64,000 bases of DNA, taken from assembly GCF_037042905.1 (NCBI RefSeq), contig NC_087245.1, positions 41,914,001-41,978,000 on the forward strand, given 5' to 3'. The notes under the pieces were generated by a model that ran no database searches, had not been told where the DNA came from, and was given only the letters and a program-made list of their open reading frames with translations. The number at the start of each line of letters is the position of its first letter. Position 1 is the stretch's first letter. The DNA comes from Lytechinus pictus (taxonomy: Eukaryota). Position numbers and translations under genes: made by a program. Of this stretch, positions 24,626-38,590 are shown piece after piece.

Positions 24626-26906
24626 TTGATAATCATCAGTGTCATAATATCTCTGATGGGGCAATTTCTTTCCCTTCGGGTAAAGCCGCACCACCCCGAT
24701 GGCTTTGCAATTGCTTTACATTTTCATTAATTTCTCGTGTATTAAACCAAGCAACAGAATAACAAAATGACTACACACAAAACATCAACAGATCCATGAA
24801 TTAAAAAAAGCTTTTTTCAGAGAGCCAGTTATATTCCAGATATTTTCCTTCATTAAAGAAATAACAATTAAAAGAAAATCATTACAAAACTATAAAAAAA
24901 AAACTAAAGAAAAACAGTCTTACTTATAATTGTACGGGGGAAGGGGGGGGGTTATGCTCAGAATCATCCAAGTACCAAGAAGTATTATTAGTTTTCTTGC
25001 TTTTTTTGTAACGATGCACTTTCTTTTTCGCCTTCCAAATACCCAATAGACTCTTGTGTCTTTTATTGGTTGAAGGTAACAACTGGTGGTTTGTGTTCAA
25101 ATGCATAAAGAAAGCGAAAATGTTCAGCAGGCGTATGAAATACGATTATACGCGAATATATAATCTCAACAGATTTTTACATTTTCCCTCAAATTTTGAA
25201 CGAACGCGTAAAACCGGGTAGCTTCAGCTCGTTAACGTGAGCTTACGTTTGAATGCTTCGGTCACAAAAGTTCATACGAACGCTGCATTCTTGTGAATTC
25301 TAGAGATCATGTCCTTAGATGGGGCGTAGATTAGATACGACCTTCTTACGAATCGTAGTACGAACGCCATTTCAATTCGCAAGAAGACTTTACTGCACTC
25401 TAAGGTAATTCGTAGAAGATTTTACGACTTCGGTGGTATATCATTCTGTGGGGTTATAAGAAAACGTTGTCGTGTCTTGTCTGAAATCATGTAATTGTTA
25501 AAAGTTTGATATCCGGTACTATATTTAGTACGTTACCCCCCCCCCCCCCCCCGACAAAAAAAAAGAAAAGATAAAAAAGATGATGAATATAATAAGCCAT
25601 ACAAATAGGTTACAGACCCACTGTTAGATATTACGATAACAAAAAATATTTTGTAGGAGTCATTCTCATAGGAGAATGCGAATACACTTAGGATGTAGGG
25701 AGAAACAAAATAAATTGATCCAAATGTTTGTTGTTTTTTTGCAAGAAATACTTGGCACGTTAGTTTCATTATGATTATTTTACAAATTTACATTGATTTC
25801 ATGGTATCGCAACCTTGTGACAAATGCTTTCATAAATGTGCTGGTAAATCAGTTCTATGAATGTCCTTTTTTAAGGCCTTCACCAATTTCAGCAAAACCA
25901 CTAGCGATTCACATCCTTGGTCTATATTACTTACTATATTGTGACTATATTGTTGATTATTTTTGTATATAAATGTTGACGACGGGGGGGGGGGGGCGAT
26001 TTCGGACCATGGATCCCCCCCATTAGAAAGGTTTTACGACCAATAAAAAAGAGGGATAAGAGAGAATAGGAAAGTGAAAAGAGTAAAATTATATCATTTT
26101 CTAAATATAACGTCAGAATCTATCATAAAAATCGAAATTTATATTACAAATGCCCAAATTTTTGCACGCGAGCTTCGCTCTCTCGCAGCTCTTTAAAAAA
26201 TTGTTGGTTTCATACGCCATATCTTACCCTCCAAACTTATTGACTCGTTACACCACTCTCTATGATATAAGATGAGATGAGAGAGAATAGAGAGAGAGAG
26301 AGAGAGGGGGATTCGAGAGAGACTGGATCTGAACCTAATGCTTCGCGACCGCATTCCTAGAAATGGGATAGGTAGAGATAGATGTGTTTGTCTTCAAGAA
26401 ACTTCTCGTTTAAAATGAACAAGAAATATGAGTAAAATTCTTTTAATTCATCTGCAATCGATTTAAGATTTGATATTAATATTTGTGGCTGTTGCCAAAC
26501 ATAACATAGTCACACAAAGTAGATAAATCGATCAATTAATCAAACAATCAATCAGCAATCAACCAATCAATGCATTATTAGATAAAATCTTTAAGTTAGT
26601 TGGACCAATTTTAATGGGTCAAATACTTATTGATTTGAAGCACAGTGTCTGATGGGCATTTACGACGTGGTAATGGGTCGTGTACATCTTTATTTGGGAT
26701 GAAATGCTTGCTATTGTCTGACAGTTTGGTTTAGGATAGAGTGCGTGCAGGATGTGATCTTAGTCGAATTCCGTTCACATTCTTTCTACATTATATCGAG
26801 AAGACTAGTGGGAAATTGCAATAAACTTTATTTTTTTATTGGAAGTTGTACAGGTCCCAACTCAATCACAAGCCTGGCAATTAATTGCGATATTTGCGCT
26901 TGATCG

Positions 26907-27185
26907 CTGGGCTCCGTCTTACACAGAGTTAAGATGGATCATATCAACCACAGCGATGGAAAGCCAGCAATGTCAACATCTAAACTGCATATTTGTTCAA
27001 AATGTTTACTACATGATTATGATGTAGACTCATACATTCATTGTTTTCGTGATAATTTAGTTGCTTCTCCTTGTTTAATAAGGACATTGTGCAAATTTCA
27101 GATAGAAAGAATTATGGCATTGATGGATTTCCATAGACTTGGGGTTGATCACATGAATCGCAACTCTATGTAAGATGGGACCCTG
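26907..27185. mobile_element. MITE with CTGGG/CAGGG ends
   Basis: CTGGGCTCCGTCTTACACAGAGTT ... AACTCTATGTAAGATGGGACCCTG. Confidence 0.7.
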
Positions 27186-27449
27186 GTCTGTTTCTCGCAA
27201 CAAGAACTAAAATGCAATTTTTACAATAAATTCATCGATTGTAAATTAGAAACAAAAATTAGAAATGATTGCAAATACTTTCTTGCAACGCTCCCTATTA
27301 AAAGTGAGTTTATTAAATATATATCCAAATTTTGCACTATCACTAAGGAAACAATTCGGCCTAGATAATTTGAAATAAAGTAACCTTTCCCATAATTTGA
27401 CTGAAATTGTTTGTAACTTCAAACTCTGTTTCTTAATCACAGCCTTGTT

Positions 27450-28290
27450 TACACTATACACATTCAAATTCACATGACCAACGGGTATACATGTAGAGTA
27501 CAATTATTGAAGAAACCTCGCGAATTGCTTTCATCATCTCTTCCTTGCGATAACGTCCACACTTATCTGTTTGTTGCATTCTGGCGTATTTTAACGATTT
27601 GAGGAGGGCACGTGACCGCCATGACAGCCAATCAGATGGCAAGAATTGTCTAAGACTAGCAGATACGACCATTGACCTGTTGATATGAAATTACGATGTA
27701 TTTGATTTGGCAGTGTGCATGAGTTAAGAGACCCATAAGGTTTCAACAAGTGATATCGGTTGTGTCCTATATCACTTTCTCTCAGCATACTCAGTGCCTT
27801 ACCTGAACTATTCATATCACAATTATGTTCGACCCGACAATGCTAATGAACTTATCAGGTGGCTGTGCATGGTCTTGAATATTACTTATTTCCACGTTCT
27901 CACTAATACGCGTTAACGTGCAGCGGAAATCATCATCGAGCAGCTCAATCTTCCTACATACATGACATATACTACCAGCATCTTTAGGTCGGAGTAGCGC
28001 AAAATGTTTGGAGTCGAGGGAATTTCGCAGAAGTGTGAACACGTGCTCTTTAAAACGACAAGCCTCATTCTGACATCTCAAATGGGATGGGGCAGGCTAA
28101 CTTGAAACACAATAAATGCAAAACATAACATTTTCCTTTTCCATCGATTGAACGAACCCAAGTTGGTGGAATGTTTTCGACTGCAAGCACGGGAACGCGA
28201 AGCGGCGCCTGCGAGGAGATCGTCTTCTGTAGTTGAAGAAGACAATCCTCGCTGTCATCTTCAATACGTACGGTACCCAAACTCGAAGTA
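27450..28290 (-). pseudogene. Decayed coding remnant, possibly an Academ-related transposase
   Basis: Chain of overlapping minus-strand ORFs; HNRYHLL...LPNQIHRNFISTGQW/VVSAS resembles the Y..L...LP..I...F..G.W.VS motif. Weak match. Confidence 0.35.
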
Positions 28291-28830
28291 GACTACATGT
28301 TATGAGGGAGTAATGAAGGATTATATTTACACCTGCTTCTACTTATTCCGTGCTTAAATGCAGCGCATGTTATAACTGTCAAAGTCAATTTCTCTTTCCA
28401 TCCGAAGACGGTGCATGTGCGATGGAAGGGGAGTAGCCTGTATCAGATCGAACACAATAAGATGTTGAGAGTCAGAAGAAGGTTTAAGCACTGGAGCATT
28501 GGGGGAGGAATGGGGGGGGGGGGGCGCGAAGGGGGAATCTGTCTTCCTGAAAGTGCCCCGAAAAAGGGAAAACAAGGGAGAAGGGAAAGGAAAGAAACCG
28601 AAATGAAATTCAGTGAAATATGTCATTTTCTGATTTTCTAATTTGATCACAAAATTGGTAAATTGCCGATCGCTTCTTCTTCCGTTGAATACAAGTCCTC
28701 TTTGTAGAATATAGTCGTACTTACAGCCACTTCGTCCATTTATGTTGTTTGATCTTACGTACATGCCACAAGTTATAATCCTTATTCGTCTTCAACTAGT
28801 TCGTTAACTTTTAGGTCTATTTTCCATTAA

Positions 28831-29426
28831 AGGTGAATCCAACCCAAATAAAAACTTGTTTTTATAAGGAAAAGAAAAATCAGACAAGTTGATAGGTGAA
28901 AGTTTGAACAATATTGGACAAACAACAAGAAGGTTATGAATTGTTAAAAGTTGCAAATAATGATAATCACTGTACCCATGGAGACTTCAAATTGGCCTCA
29001 TATGGGATGTCATAGTGATGTAAGGCAAGGACTACTCTTCCATGTACTCCAATACATATTATGGCTAAAATGTCATTTTTCCCAAAAGTTTTATTTCAAA
29101 TTATATTTTTCTTTCATGAGGATATAAAAACAATATACCACCTGGGTTATATTTAGATTACTGCCCCAGGGGAATGAATACTTAGGAGAAAACCACAAAT
29201 CCCTGATAATAAAGTACATGGCCTATGGGAAAGTTGTCCTTGCCCCTTGTCATAATTTACTTACCAGTTGCCAATTTTGAAATCTACATAGTATTAGTGA
29301 TCTCAAGTTTAAAGCAGCTATAACTTTTTTATCGCTTGTCCGATTTCTTTCAAACTTTCACCATTCTGTTTAATTTATTTTTCTGCTTCCCAACACAACA
29401 TTTTATGGCCAAGGCTGGATTCCCCT
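28831..29426. mobile_element. Kolobok-type MITE (family A)
   Basis: TTAA|AGGTGAATCCAACC...GGCTGGATTCCCCT|TTAA. Confidence 0.85.
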
Positions 29427-30711
29427 TTAAGCCCTTTACCATTTTGTCCAGTAAATTTCCAGTAAGGCTATACCCATATCCACTTGGTCTCGCATTTCCT
29501 GGTCTATATTATGGTAGGATGAACTGTGTATGAATCAAATTTTTATTTGGCCAAAAAGTTAGTAAACAGTTATGAACTATTGGCAGTAGACTAAATGGGA
29601 ATTGGACTAAGTGGAAGTTAGACCAAGTGAAGTGTAGACCAAACGACCAAAATGAATTTAACCAATGTGGTATTAGACTTTTTCTTTTTAGAAATAAACC
29701 AATAGATTGTAAGCCAAGAGAATATAAGCCATCAGATCGATTTTCTTCTGAAAAGGTCGAAATTTCGTTCGCTTAGAAGTTTTCCCACATAATAATGCCA
29801 TGTTTCGCGCATCAAGACATTGGGGGTGGACGCGCGCGCGTGTGTGTGTTTGTGTGGGTTGGATGATTGTGTGTTCAAGAATGAAGTGTGTGTGCGTGTG
29901 TGGGACGTACGGGTTAGGGTGTGGGGGTGTGTGTGTGTGGATAAGGATGGGAGGGAGGGTGTGGCTGCGCGTGTGTAACCTTTTTAAGGGCTTTCAAAGA
30001 ATAAGTGACAAAAATAATCAACTTTAAAACAATAATACAGTAATACCATACAAAAAAACCTTCCATAATTATTATTCAACATTAAACAGAACAGAGTGAT
30101 AAATATAGAACTATACAGGAAACGATTTTTTTGTAGGCTTTCAAACAGCCGATGTTCGAGAGATGATGTTGATGGAATAAACCATTACAACGGTGTAAAA
30201 AAAGGCAAATCAACCCCCGTTTAATGGATATTTCTATCAACAACTTGGTCTGTAGTAAGATGGTTAGGCATTAATGGAAATTGATGATAACCGGAATATC
30301 AAATGTAGGAAAATCGATTGGAGCTTTTTACAAGTACATGTAGGTTCGTATTTATTTGAACTAAATGCTCCTTCGGGATGATGTATTTTTTTACGAATAA
30401 AAACTGCTTGGGCGAAAATAGCAACATCGTTTGGCTTTTTTAATACAAAACTGTGATAGATTTTTACATAATATACAGAAAATAATATCAGTTTTCTTCC
30501 CCTTTTCGTTTCTTCCTCCGTTTTTTTTCATAGTCGTTAAAATTTTGGTGGGTCCATGCACCCAAGCCCCACCCTCCCCGCTATACGCCAGTGATTGGTA
30601 TGTTTTAAAATAAATACCTCTGAAACGACGACAACCACAACTGATACTACTGACTAAGATTTATTTATTTCGTTTTATTTAGGATAGCGCCATTATTGTG
30701 AGTTCTTTTCT

Positions 30712-30793
30712 ATACTACTTTACTACTACTTACTACTACTACTATTACTACTATAACTACTACTACTACTACTACTACTACTAATACTACTAT

Positions 30794-30837
<44 letters not shown>

Positions 30838-30912
30838 TTACTATTACTACTACTACTACTACTATTACTACTACTACTACTACTATTACTACTACTACTA
30901 CTACTACTACTT

Positions 30913-30952
<40 letters not shown>

Positions 30953-30955
30953 TAT

Positions 30956-30990
<35 letters not shown>

Positions 30991-31030
30991 TTACTACTAC
31001 TACTATTACTACTACTACTACTTCTACTAT

Positions 31031-31086
<56 letters not shown>

Positions 31087-31105
31087 TTACTACTACTACT
31101 ACTAT

Positions 31106-31168
<63 letters not shown>

Positions 31169-31186
31169 TATTACTACTACTACTAT

Positions 31187-31236
<50 letters not shown>

Positions 31237-31300
31237 TTACTACTACTACTACTACTATTACTACTACTACTATTACTACTACTATTACTACTACTACTAT

Positions 31301-31353
<53 letters not shown>

Positions 31354-31511
31354 TTACTACTACTATTACTACTACTACTACTACTATTACTACTACTACT
31401 ACTACTACTACTATTTCTACTACTATTACTACTACTACTACTATACTACTACTACCACCAATACTTCTACTACTTATACTACTACTACTACCACTACTAT
31501 ACTAATACTAC
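30712..31511. repeat. (TAC)n microsatellite, ~800 bp
   Basis: Read directly; contains TAT and TTC variants. Confidence 0.98.
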
Positions 31512-32339
31512 AAAAACTGAGGATTCTGCTGCCTTTTGAACCACATTCTTCTTCTTATAACATTGCTTTAGATATTGTGCTGTCAGCACGTCTTATACTT
31601 AGCATCATGTATTATAATCAATATGAGATCATAAATGCACACCGAAGTTGATTGAATCTAAGATGACCTGTACACAGCAAATTATTATCAATGGATGTTT
31701 GTTTAAATAGCTATTCTTAACGCATTTATTAATTACTATTTTATATTTTGTACAGCATCATATTCACAACAAGCAAAATTGATAATAATAGAATAGAGGG
31801 AAGAGGTAATGGAAAGAATGATTAGAAACATTGGCCCCTGTTTAATTTCTCATTATCCGGTACGACGAGTAAAACATTGGAATCCAATATAGATATGGAC
31901 GACTTAGACTCACGAAGAAAACAAGTGCTGTTCTCGTTATTTTTGTCACTTTTCAAACTAAACCACTTTTGCCGGCCACGCAAATGATTCGATTTTATGG
32001 GTCAAGAAATTAAAAGATTAGAATTGATTTGTAGGTAGACGAATCAAAACAACAGGTGGGATTAAGATGCGTACATTACTATTGATAGAAAAGGTAGAAA
32101 GTAGAAGGAATGGCGAAAACGAAAGTACGATAAAAAAAATCGACACTTCATTGATTGGATGAAAAGGAAGCACTACTAACATACATTTAATATTTGACTC
32201 GACTGGTGAGGAATCTCATTCCAAAAGACATTTAAATAAAACATTTCGTGGGGGATCAGCCTAATAAAATTCAAAAGGATTGCATGATAGACCTAATGCA
32301 TGTGACGTCATAATCTCACAGCGCCCTCCATCAGAGGCC

Positions 32340-32864
32340 GCATACATTCGTAATTCCGAAGCTTCGTTATTCCGAAGGTTCGGATATTCCGAAGGTTCGT
32401 ATTTCCGAAGGTTCGTATTTCCGAAGGTTCGTAATTCCGAAGGATCGTTAGTCCGAAAACGAAATGAGGTCCGTAATTTCAAAGGTTCGTTAGTCCGAAA
32501 ACGAAGTGAGGTTCGTAATTCCGAAGGTTCGTAAATCCGAAAAAGAAATGAGGTTCGTAATTCCGAAGGTTCGTTAGTCCGAAAACTAAATGATTAACGA
32601 ACCTTATTTCGTTTTCGGACTTACGAACCTTCGGAACAAGGAACCTTATTTCGTTTTCGGATTAACGAACCTTCGGAACAACGAACCTTATTTTGTTTTC
32701 GGATTAACGAACCTTCGGAACATCGAACCCTTTTACGTTTTCGGATTAACGAACATCGAGGTATATGCAATTTACGTGTTTCGGAATTACGTGTTTCGGA
32801 ATTACGAACCTTCGGAATAAAGAACCTTCGGAATTACGAACCTTCGGAATTACGAAGTGTAACC
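32340..32864. mobile_element. MITE built from TTCCGAAGGTTCGT tandem subrepeats in inverted arms
   Basis: TACATTCGTAATTCCGAA ... TTCGGAATTACGAAGTGTA; closely similar copy at 56179-56705. Confidence 0.9.
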
Positions 32865-33693
32865 GGCCCTATAGGAATAGGCCTACGCGTAAACGAAGTA
32901 GTCAGATGATGCGGCGGCTGCAGATCACTAATGCACACAAGGCAAATACCTATGATGGCGGCTCTATGACGACAGTACATACATGTAAGGTCTATATCAA
33001 TTAAAAATGTGTTAAATTTACAAAGACGCTCGATGGAGTTTATGTGAATTTTATTCAAGTTTTGGTATTTGATTTCCATGATAACTGAACAGTTTCTGCG
33101 AGGTATAAATTGGCTCCTGATAATGATCAATAATAAAGCATCTAATCGAAATATGAACCTACCAGGGCCTGTAGGGCCCGCCAAAAGTTTAACTGCAGTA
33201 TATTCAGAACACAAAAATATGTAAAATTATCGGATCTTATAAGTTGTTGCTGTTGTTTTAATTTCCGTAAGATTAAAAATATACAGTTTTACAAATAAAA
33301 ATGTACAGTATATAAAAGCAAGATAAAATTACGGCTCGTGACCCATATTCAGCTGCAACTATAATTGTTGCTGCTGTTCTTCCATGGGGCCAGTAAAACA
33401 TAAGATCGTTATTCTTTATTGACTTTGATATATATTTTTATTTCATGATAAAGGTGATGATGGCGATGATGATGACGACAAGTGTAATTATGTGAGTTGT
33501 TGTCAACGTCCTCATTTAAAACTTTTACAATGATTTTCATTATTATTACTTTTATTATTATTATTATTGTATATGATAATATATCTTATTTTTATTGTCA
33601 TTATTATCATTAACACCGATTACATTATTGTCCAAACAGAAATAAATATTGAGGGTTATCATACCTCAAGTTATTTACTTATTTAATGTTTCT

Positions 33694-35103
33694 CAGTGGC
33701 GTATCGTGGGTCATGGTATGGTGAGGGGGGGGGGCACCAGCAATTATTTTGAGTCGCTTAGTGGGTGCGCTAAGGTATGCTGACCTAATAGAGACCTTTC
33801 AAAGACTGTGCCACTAAACGGATATGTATCTCAATTATTAAATAATGCGAGCGCGAAGCGTGAGCTGAAAATGTTCGTGATTCAGAGTAAAAGGGACATA
33901 ATAAGTGCTTGAATAATCCACGTTTCAGGCCAAAAAATTAACAGATTTCGCGATGTCATTAGGCTTACTAGATCAATAAACATATAAGATTTTAATTTCA
34001 TAACAAAATTGTCCCTTTTTTCGAAATGGAATATATAAACAAGTTTCATCTCGTGCTTAGGAAGAGAAAGTCATCATTTTTATATGATGACAAAATGTCC
34101 TAAGAATGTCCCGGTCCTATGTCAAAGCTCAAAGTAATAATAATGAAAAATATCAGCTCTTTATTAAGTGCGATCCATATCCTATCCACCCCACAATTTT
34201 CCTACAAAGTGCTTGAAATATAAAGCTTATATAGATTGATCCTTTTTAAGATCGGAATATTGGATTTCTTTTCTATTTTCATGATAAAAATGTATCTAGA
34301 ATGCCCAGATTCTAGGTCTTAATCTGAAACACGCGCACGCATGTCTATTGAGATACGCAGCTTGTTCTTTATTTAAATCATTATCCAGTTTCAGATCAGG
34401 ATAACAACAATTTTCTGCTCGTGTTTTGCGCTCGCATTCATAATGTAGGAAAAGCCCCAATTACTCATCCTTTTCATGATTTACAAAACATGAACCGAGT
34501 GTCCCGTTTTAAGGTCTAAATTTCTATTTTTTCCGCTTTAAGACATCACTAAGAACATTCTTTAACCAAATTATGCGAGCGCAAGCTGAAAATTATTGAA
34601 ATTCAGACTTGAAGAGGGGCATTCTAAGGCTTGCTTTTAAGATTCACGAAAACCATACCGACGTATTTCACTGACGAAATGATGCAAGTGCGAAGCGCGA
34701 GCTGAAAATTTTTGATATTCAGACAAAAAATTAGGCTTTTTAAGGACTGTTTTAGGAATTCATAAAGAGCAGATATAATTATCTCGCCAATCCACAAATG
34801 CGAACGTAGGCGGATTGTTAATGTTTTATATTCAGATCTTAAAACAATAATAACTCAAAGTGCGAGGAATTGTATTTGGTGTATATTGACTTGAAAACGG
34901 GATGTTTTACAGTACAACAGGATTATGTTTCATAAAGTTATAGTACAATTCTGATGTAATGTGATATAATATATATAATACAATATTATATTCAATAATT
35001 TTTCCCCCCCATTACGTTTCTCTTTTTTTCCCTTTTTTTTTTTTGGGGGGGGGGCAGCCGATGGGGGGCACGTGCCCACATGTCTCCCGTGGTTACGCAG
35101 CTG
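33694..35103. mobile_element. hAT-type non-autonomous element, ~1.4 kb
   Basis: CAGTGGCGTA...TACGCAGCTG; 8-bp TSD ATGTTTCT/ATGTTCCT; internal GCGAGCGCGAAGCG.GAGCTGAAA repeats. Confidence 0.88.
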
Positions 35104-36149
35104 ATGTTCCTTAAGCTATAATTTTTTTTCTCATATAATTCCTGATACCGTTCTACACTGCTGAGACATACCTTTCCAAATTACGGGCACAAGTTTAACC
35201 AAGTTTGATTAAATCCGCGATCATGAGTGAACGAACTCTGGAAGGTGTTGGTTTCAATAAGACCCAATCTATCCGCCGATAACGAATGTACATAATATGA
35301 GTTGAGCGAGAGGGCATTCTACGCTACGGGGCGGTCACGGACAAGCCCCCTGGGAGTTGGCCAGTATGCATGTCGATGGAATCCCCTCGCACACATATCA
35401 TCATCATCAGTGGTGGTAATGGGTACAAAAAAAAAGTTCGGTCAGGAGAAGCGCAAGAGGCACAGCCAGGGATGGGATGGGTGTTGAGAAGGGGGTCAAG
35501 TTTAGTACAAGAAAGAACGGTAGAAGAGTCGTGAATTAAATATGGACCATCATGCGTTCAGGCAAATGTGTCTCTGACCGTTTTCCAATATTTTAAGTAT
35601 ACACCGTGGCATGGCTTCCAGAGGGAGTATATAGATAAGAGGAAGGGGCTTAGGGCCACACTCCCCCTACCTACCGAATGTTTCACTACCAAAACAAAAG
35701 AGAAAAGGGAAAGAAAGGGAAAGAGTAAAATACTATACATGTATTAATTTCCGAATGTATTGTCAAAATCTATTTTCAAACAATATATTTTTGTGATTAA
35801 AGAGGTCAAAAATTTTGTTCGTTGTTATTAGAAATGTGGATCCATCCGTTATTATCTGATGCCCTCAATATTTGCGACTCTTTGCGTCAGATTCCAGTAG
35901 CTATACGTTCTTATATGGACATAGATATAACATACATGTATAGATATAAACTTAATTTATATATCTCTATACGTATTTTGCAGTTTCGTCATTGTTAGGA
36001 TTTTCGTAAATGAATGAACGTAGCATTGTTATGCCCCCACAAACAAGAAGTCAAACAGTGATAAACAAGTGATAAATGATATTCATTTTATCTTCTCCTT
36101 GTTCAGCCCCTTCAAATAAAAACCTCCTGGAAGCATGATAAATATTTAT

Positions 36150-36290
36150 CTGCATACTACACCTCTAGCGCGACTCCCCAAAGCGGCCTAACGAGGCACG
36201 CGGGCTGCTATCTCCTTGACGTCAATGTCGTCCCTGGCAACGGTTGCTATGTGCGTTGCTAGGTGCGGACCGGTTTCCATTTCTATCTCA
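36150..36290. promoter_or_regulatory. Candidate cis-regulatory module (CRE plus RFX-like sites)
   Basis: CpG-rich patch with TTGACGTCAA (36216-36225), GTCGTCCCTGGCAAC (36227-36241), then GTTGCTATG and GTTGCTAGG. Confidence 0.45.
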
Positions 36291-36769
36291 TTTAAGAATG
36301 GTATACAGCATCATCTCTCTACCCATCTCGCCAGGCTTTCGAGGAATGATGACAGATGATGATGAAATGATAATTGGATGGATGGGGGAATAAATGAATG
36401 GAGGGAGGGAGGGGTGACCATGACCGGCAAAGAGCGAACGGATGAATGCGAAGATGAAAACCTCATGGAAAATAATGATGAATACATTAAATGAATGAAT
36501 ATTAGGAATGAAAGAATTAATGAAAGTAGTTAATGAGAGAATGAATAAAGACAAAATATGAGTAAAATGACAGTAAAAAGACAGGATGTTTACATACTGT
36601 ATGGTTATTAATAAATATTGATTATGATACCTGATGGTCTGATGGTCTGACAATGATCTTATTACCGTTCGGTCCATCCAGTGATATGGGTCTGAATATC
36701 ATATTCTTCCTCAGATGGTTTCGTTTACGTATTATTTTGTACTTTGCAAATAGAAATCTAGTTTATTAA

Positions 36770-37372
36770 AGGTCAAGTCCACCTCAGAAAAATGTTGATT
36801 TGAATAAAAAGAGAAAAATTCAACAAGCACAATGCTGAAAATTTCATAAAAATCGGATGTAAAATAAGAAAGTTATGACATTTCAAAGTTTTGCTTATTT
36901 TTAACAAAATAGTTATATGAACGAGCCAGTTACATCCAAATGAGAGAGTCGATGATGTCACTCACTCACTATTTCTTTTGTTTTTTATTGTTTGAATTAT
37001 ACAATATTTCAATTTTTACGAATTTGATGATTAGGACCTCCTTGCCTGAAGCACAAAATGTTAAAATAATGGAATTCCACGTGTTCAGGGAGGAATGAAA
37101 CTTCATTTCACATGACAATGACGAGAAAATCAAAATATTTCATATTTCATATAATAAAATACAAAAGAAATAGTGAGTGAGTGATGTCATCAGTTCCCTC
37201 ATTTGCATACTGACCGAGATGTGCATATAACTGTTTTGTGAAATGAAGCGAAACTTTAAAATGTCATAACTTTCTTATTTTACATCCGATTTTGATGAAA
37301 TTTTCCGTGTTTTGCTTGTTGAATTTTTCTCTTTTTATTCAAATCAAGTTTTTGTTGGGGTGGACTTGTCCT
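36770..37372. mobile_element. Kolobok-type MITE (family B)
   Basis: TTAA|AGGTCAAGTCCACC...GGTGGACTTGTCCT|TTAA with long imperfect TIRs. Confidence 0.92.
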
Positions 37373-37984
37373 TTAACAGCTAATATAGTCATACAAACTA
37401 AGTTGTGTAAAGCATAACTAAAAATAGACAAAGGTAGTAAATATGGCAAGGCGTTTAAGAGACGTCATCATTAAATTTTGTCGAATTGCTAAAAGAAAAT
37501 CAACACTATCACATTTTTATGATTTATGGCAATTCCCAAATGTTTGCTGATAAAGTGCCAAGTTTTAAATTATCTCATTATCAGCATGACAACCCTACAT
37601 CTGATAAAATTTCTGAAAGTACTCATTTGTCTTTTTCATCGACTTTGGGGTACATAAATTCAGGAAATCATAAACATTTCCTCGTTTTATAGCAACAATG
37701 GCAAGAGCTTATAGTTCGAAAACTCAATCGAGTATATGGAATTTTCAAGTCATCTTACTTTCTCACTATTGACATCCCTACATGTGGTGAGATTATGTGG
37801 ATACCAAATTATTCTTTTACTTTTGGACCTTTTACACTTTTAGGAAATAGCAAAAATTGTTACTTTTTAGCAGATATTGTAAGGATTTAGCTCACACATT
37901 GATCTCTCTGACTAAATATCCCTACATACCATGTATATGGAACGACTATTCATTGCAGATTCAGGCGGGGGCGCACATTCCCTC

Positions 37985-38590
37985 CATCATAATCATAAAC
38001 ATAATGTCATATTTTACCCAGGGTAGCCACTTTAGTTCCAAAAACTGTTCTCCCAGCGGGCCCTGCTTATGTTATTATTACCCCTACTATAGAATACGGC
38101 TCATGGGCGGAAATCCCCGGGGGGACGTGTCTCCCCTACCCAAAGTAGTAGGAGGACACAATATCAAATGTCCCCCTACTATTTTTGGACTTTTATGATG
38201 GAGAAAAATACATCGCTTCACAATATAAATAATACATGTATTTTGGACTAGATGACCTTACATATGTATTTTGGACTAGATGACCTTACATTTAGGGTGA
38301 AAATCTTCCCTTTTTTCGCTTGCTTGGTGATAACCTTTTTTTTTTGCTTGTCGAATTTCCAAGGCCCTTGTACCCCCTACATTTGGGAACAGATTTCCGC
38401 CCATGGCACGGCTACCTTTATAGGGCGCTCGAGCATTCGAGGAATTTCTTCCTACCGGGTACCCATTCACCTCACCTGGGTTGAATGCAGCAAAATGTGG
38501 GTAAATTTCTTGCTGAAGGAAAACACGCCATGGCTTGGAATCGTCATTCAGATTGAAAGAAGAATCTTGACCACTAGACCACGACGCCCC
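37985..38590 (-). mobile_element. Deu-like SINE interrupted by a hAT-type MITE
   Basis: Head and core at 38410-38590 (GGTACCCATTCACCTCACCTGGGTTGA); tail at 37985-38100. Confidence 0.7.
38102..38405. mobile_element. hAT-type MITE
   Basis: CATGGGCGGAAATC...GATTTCCGCCCATG; flanks ATACGGCT/GCACGGCT. Confidence 0.8.

Noticed and set aside
32340..32864. CRISPR-like regular repeats (also 56179-56705 and 379-829)
   Set aside because: No unique spacers, the repeats invert at the centre, there are TIRs, the context is eukaryotic and no cas genes are present.
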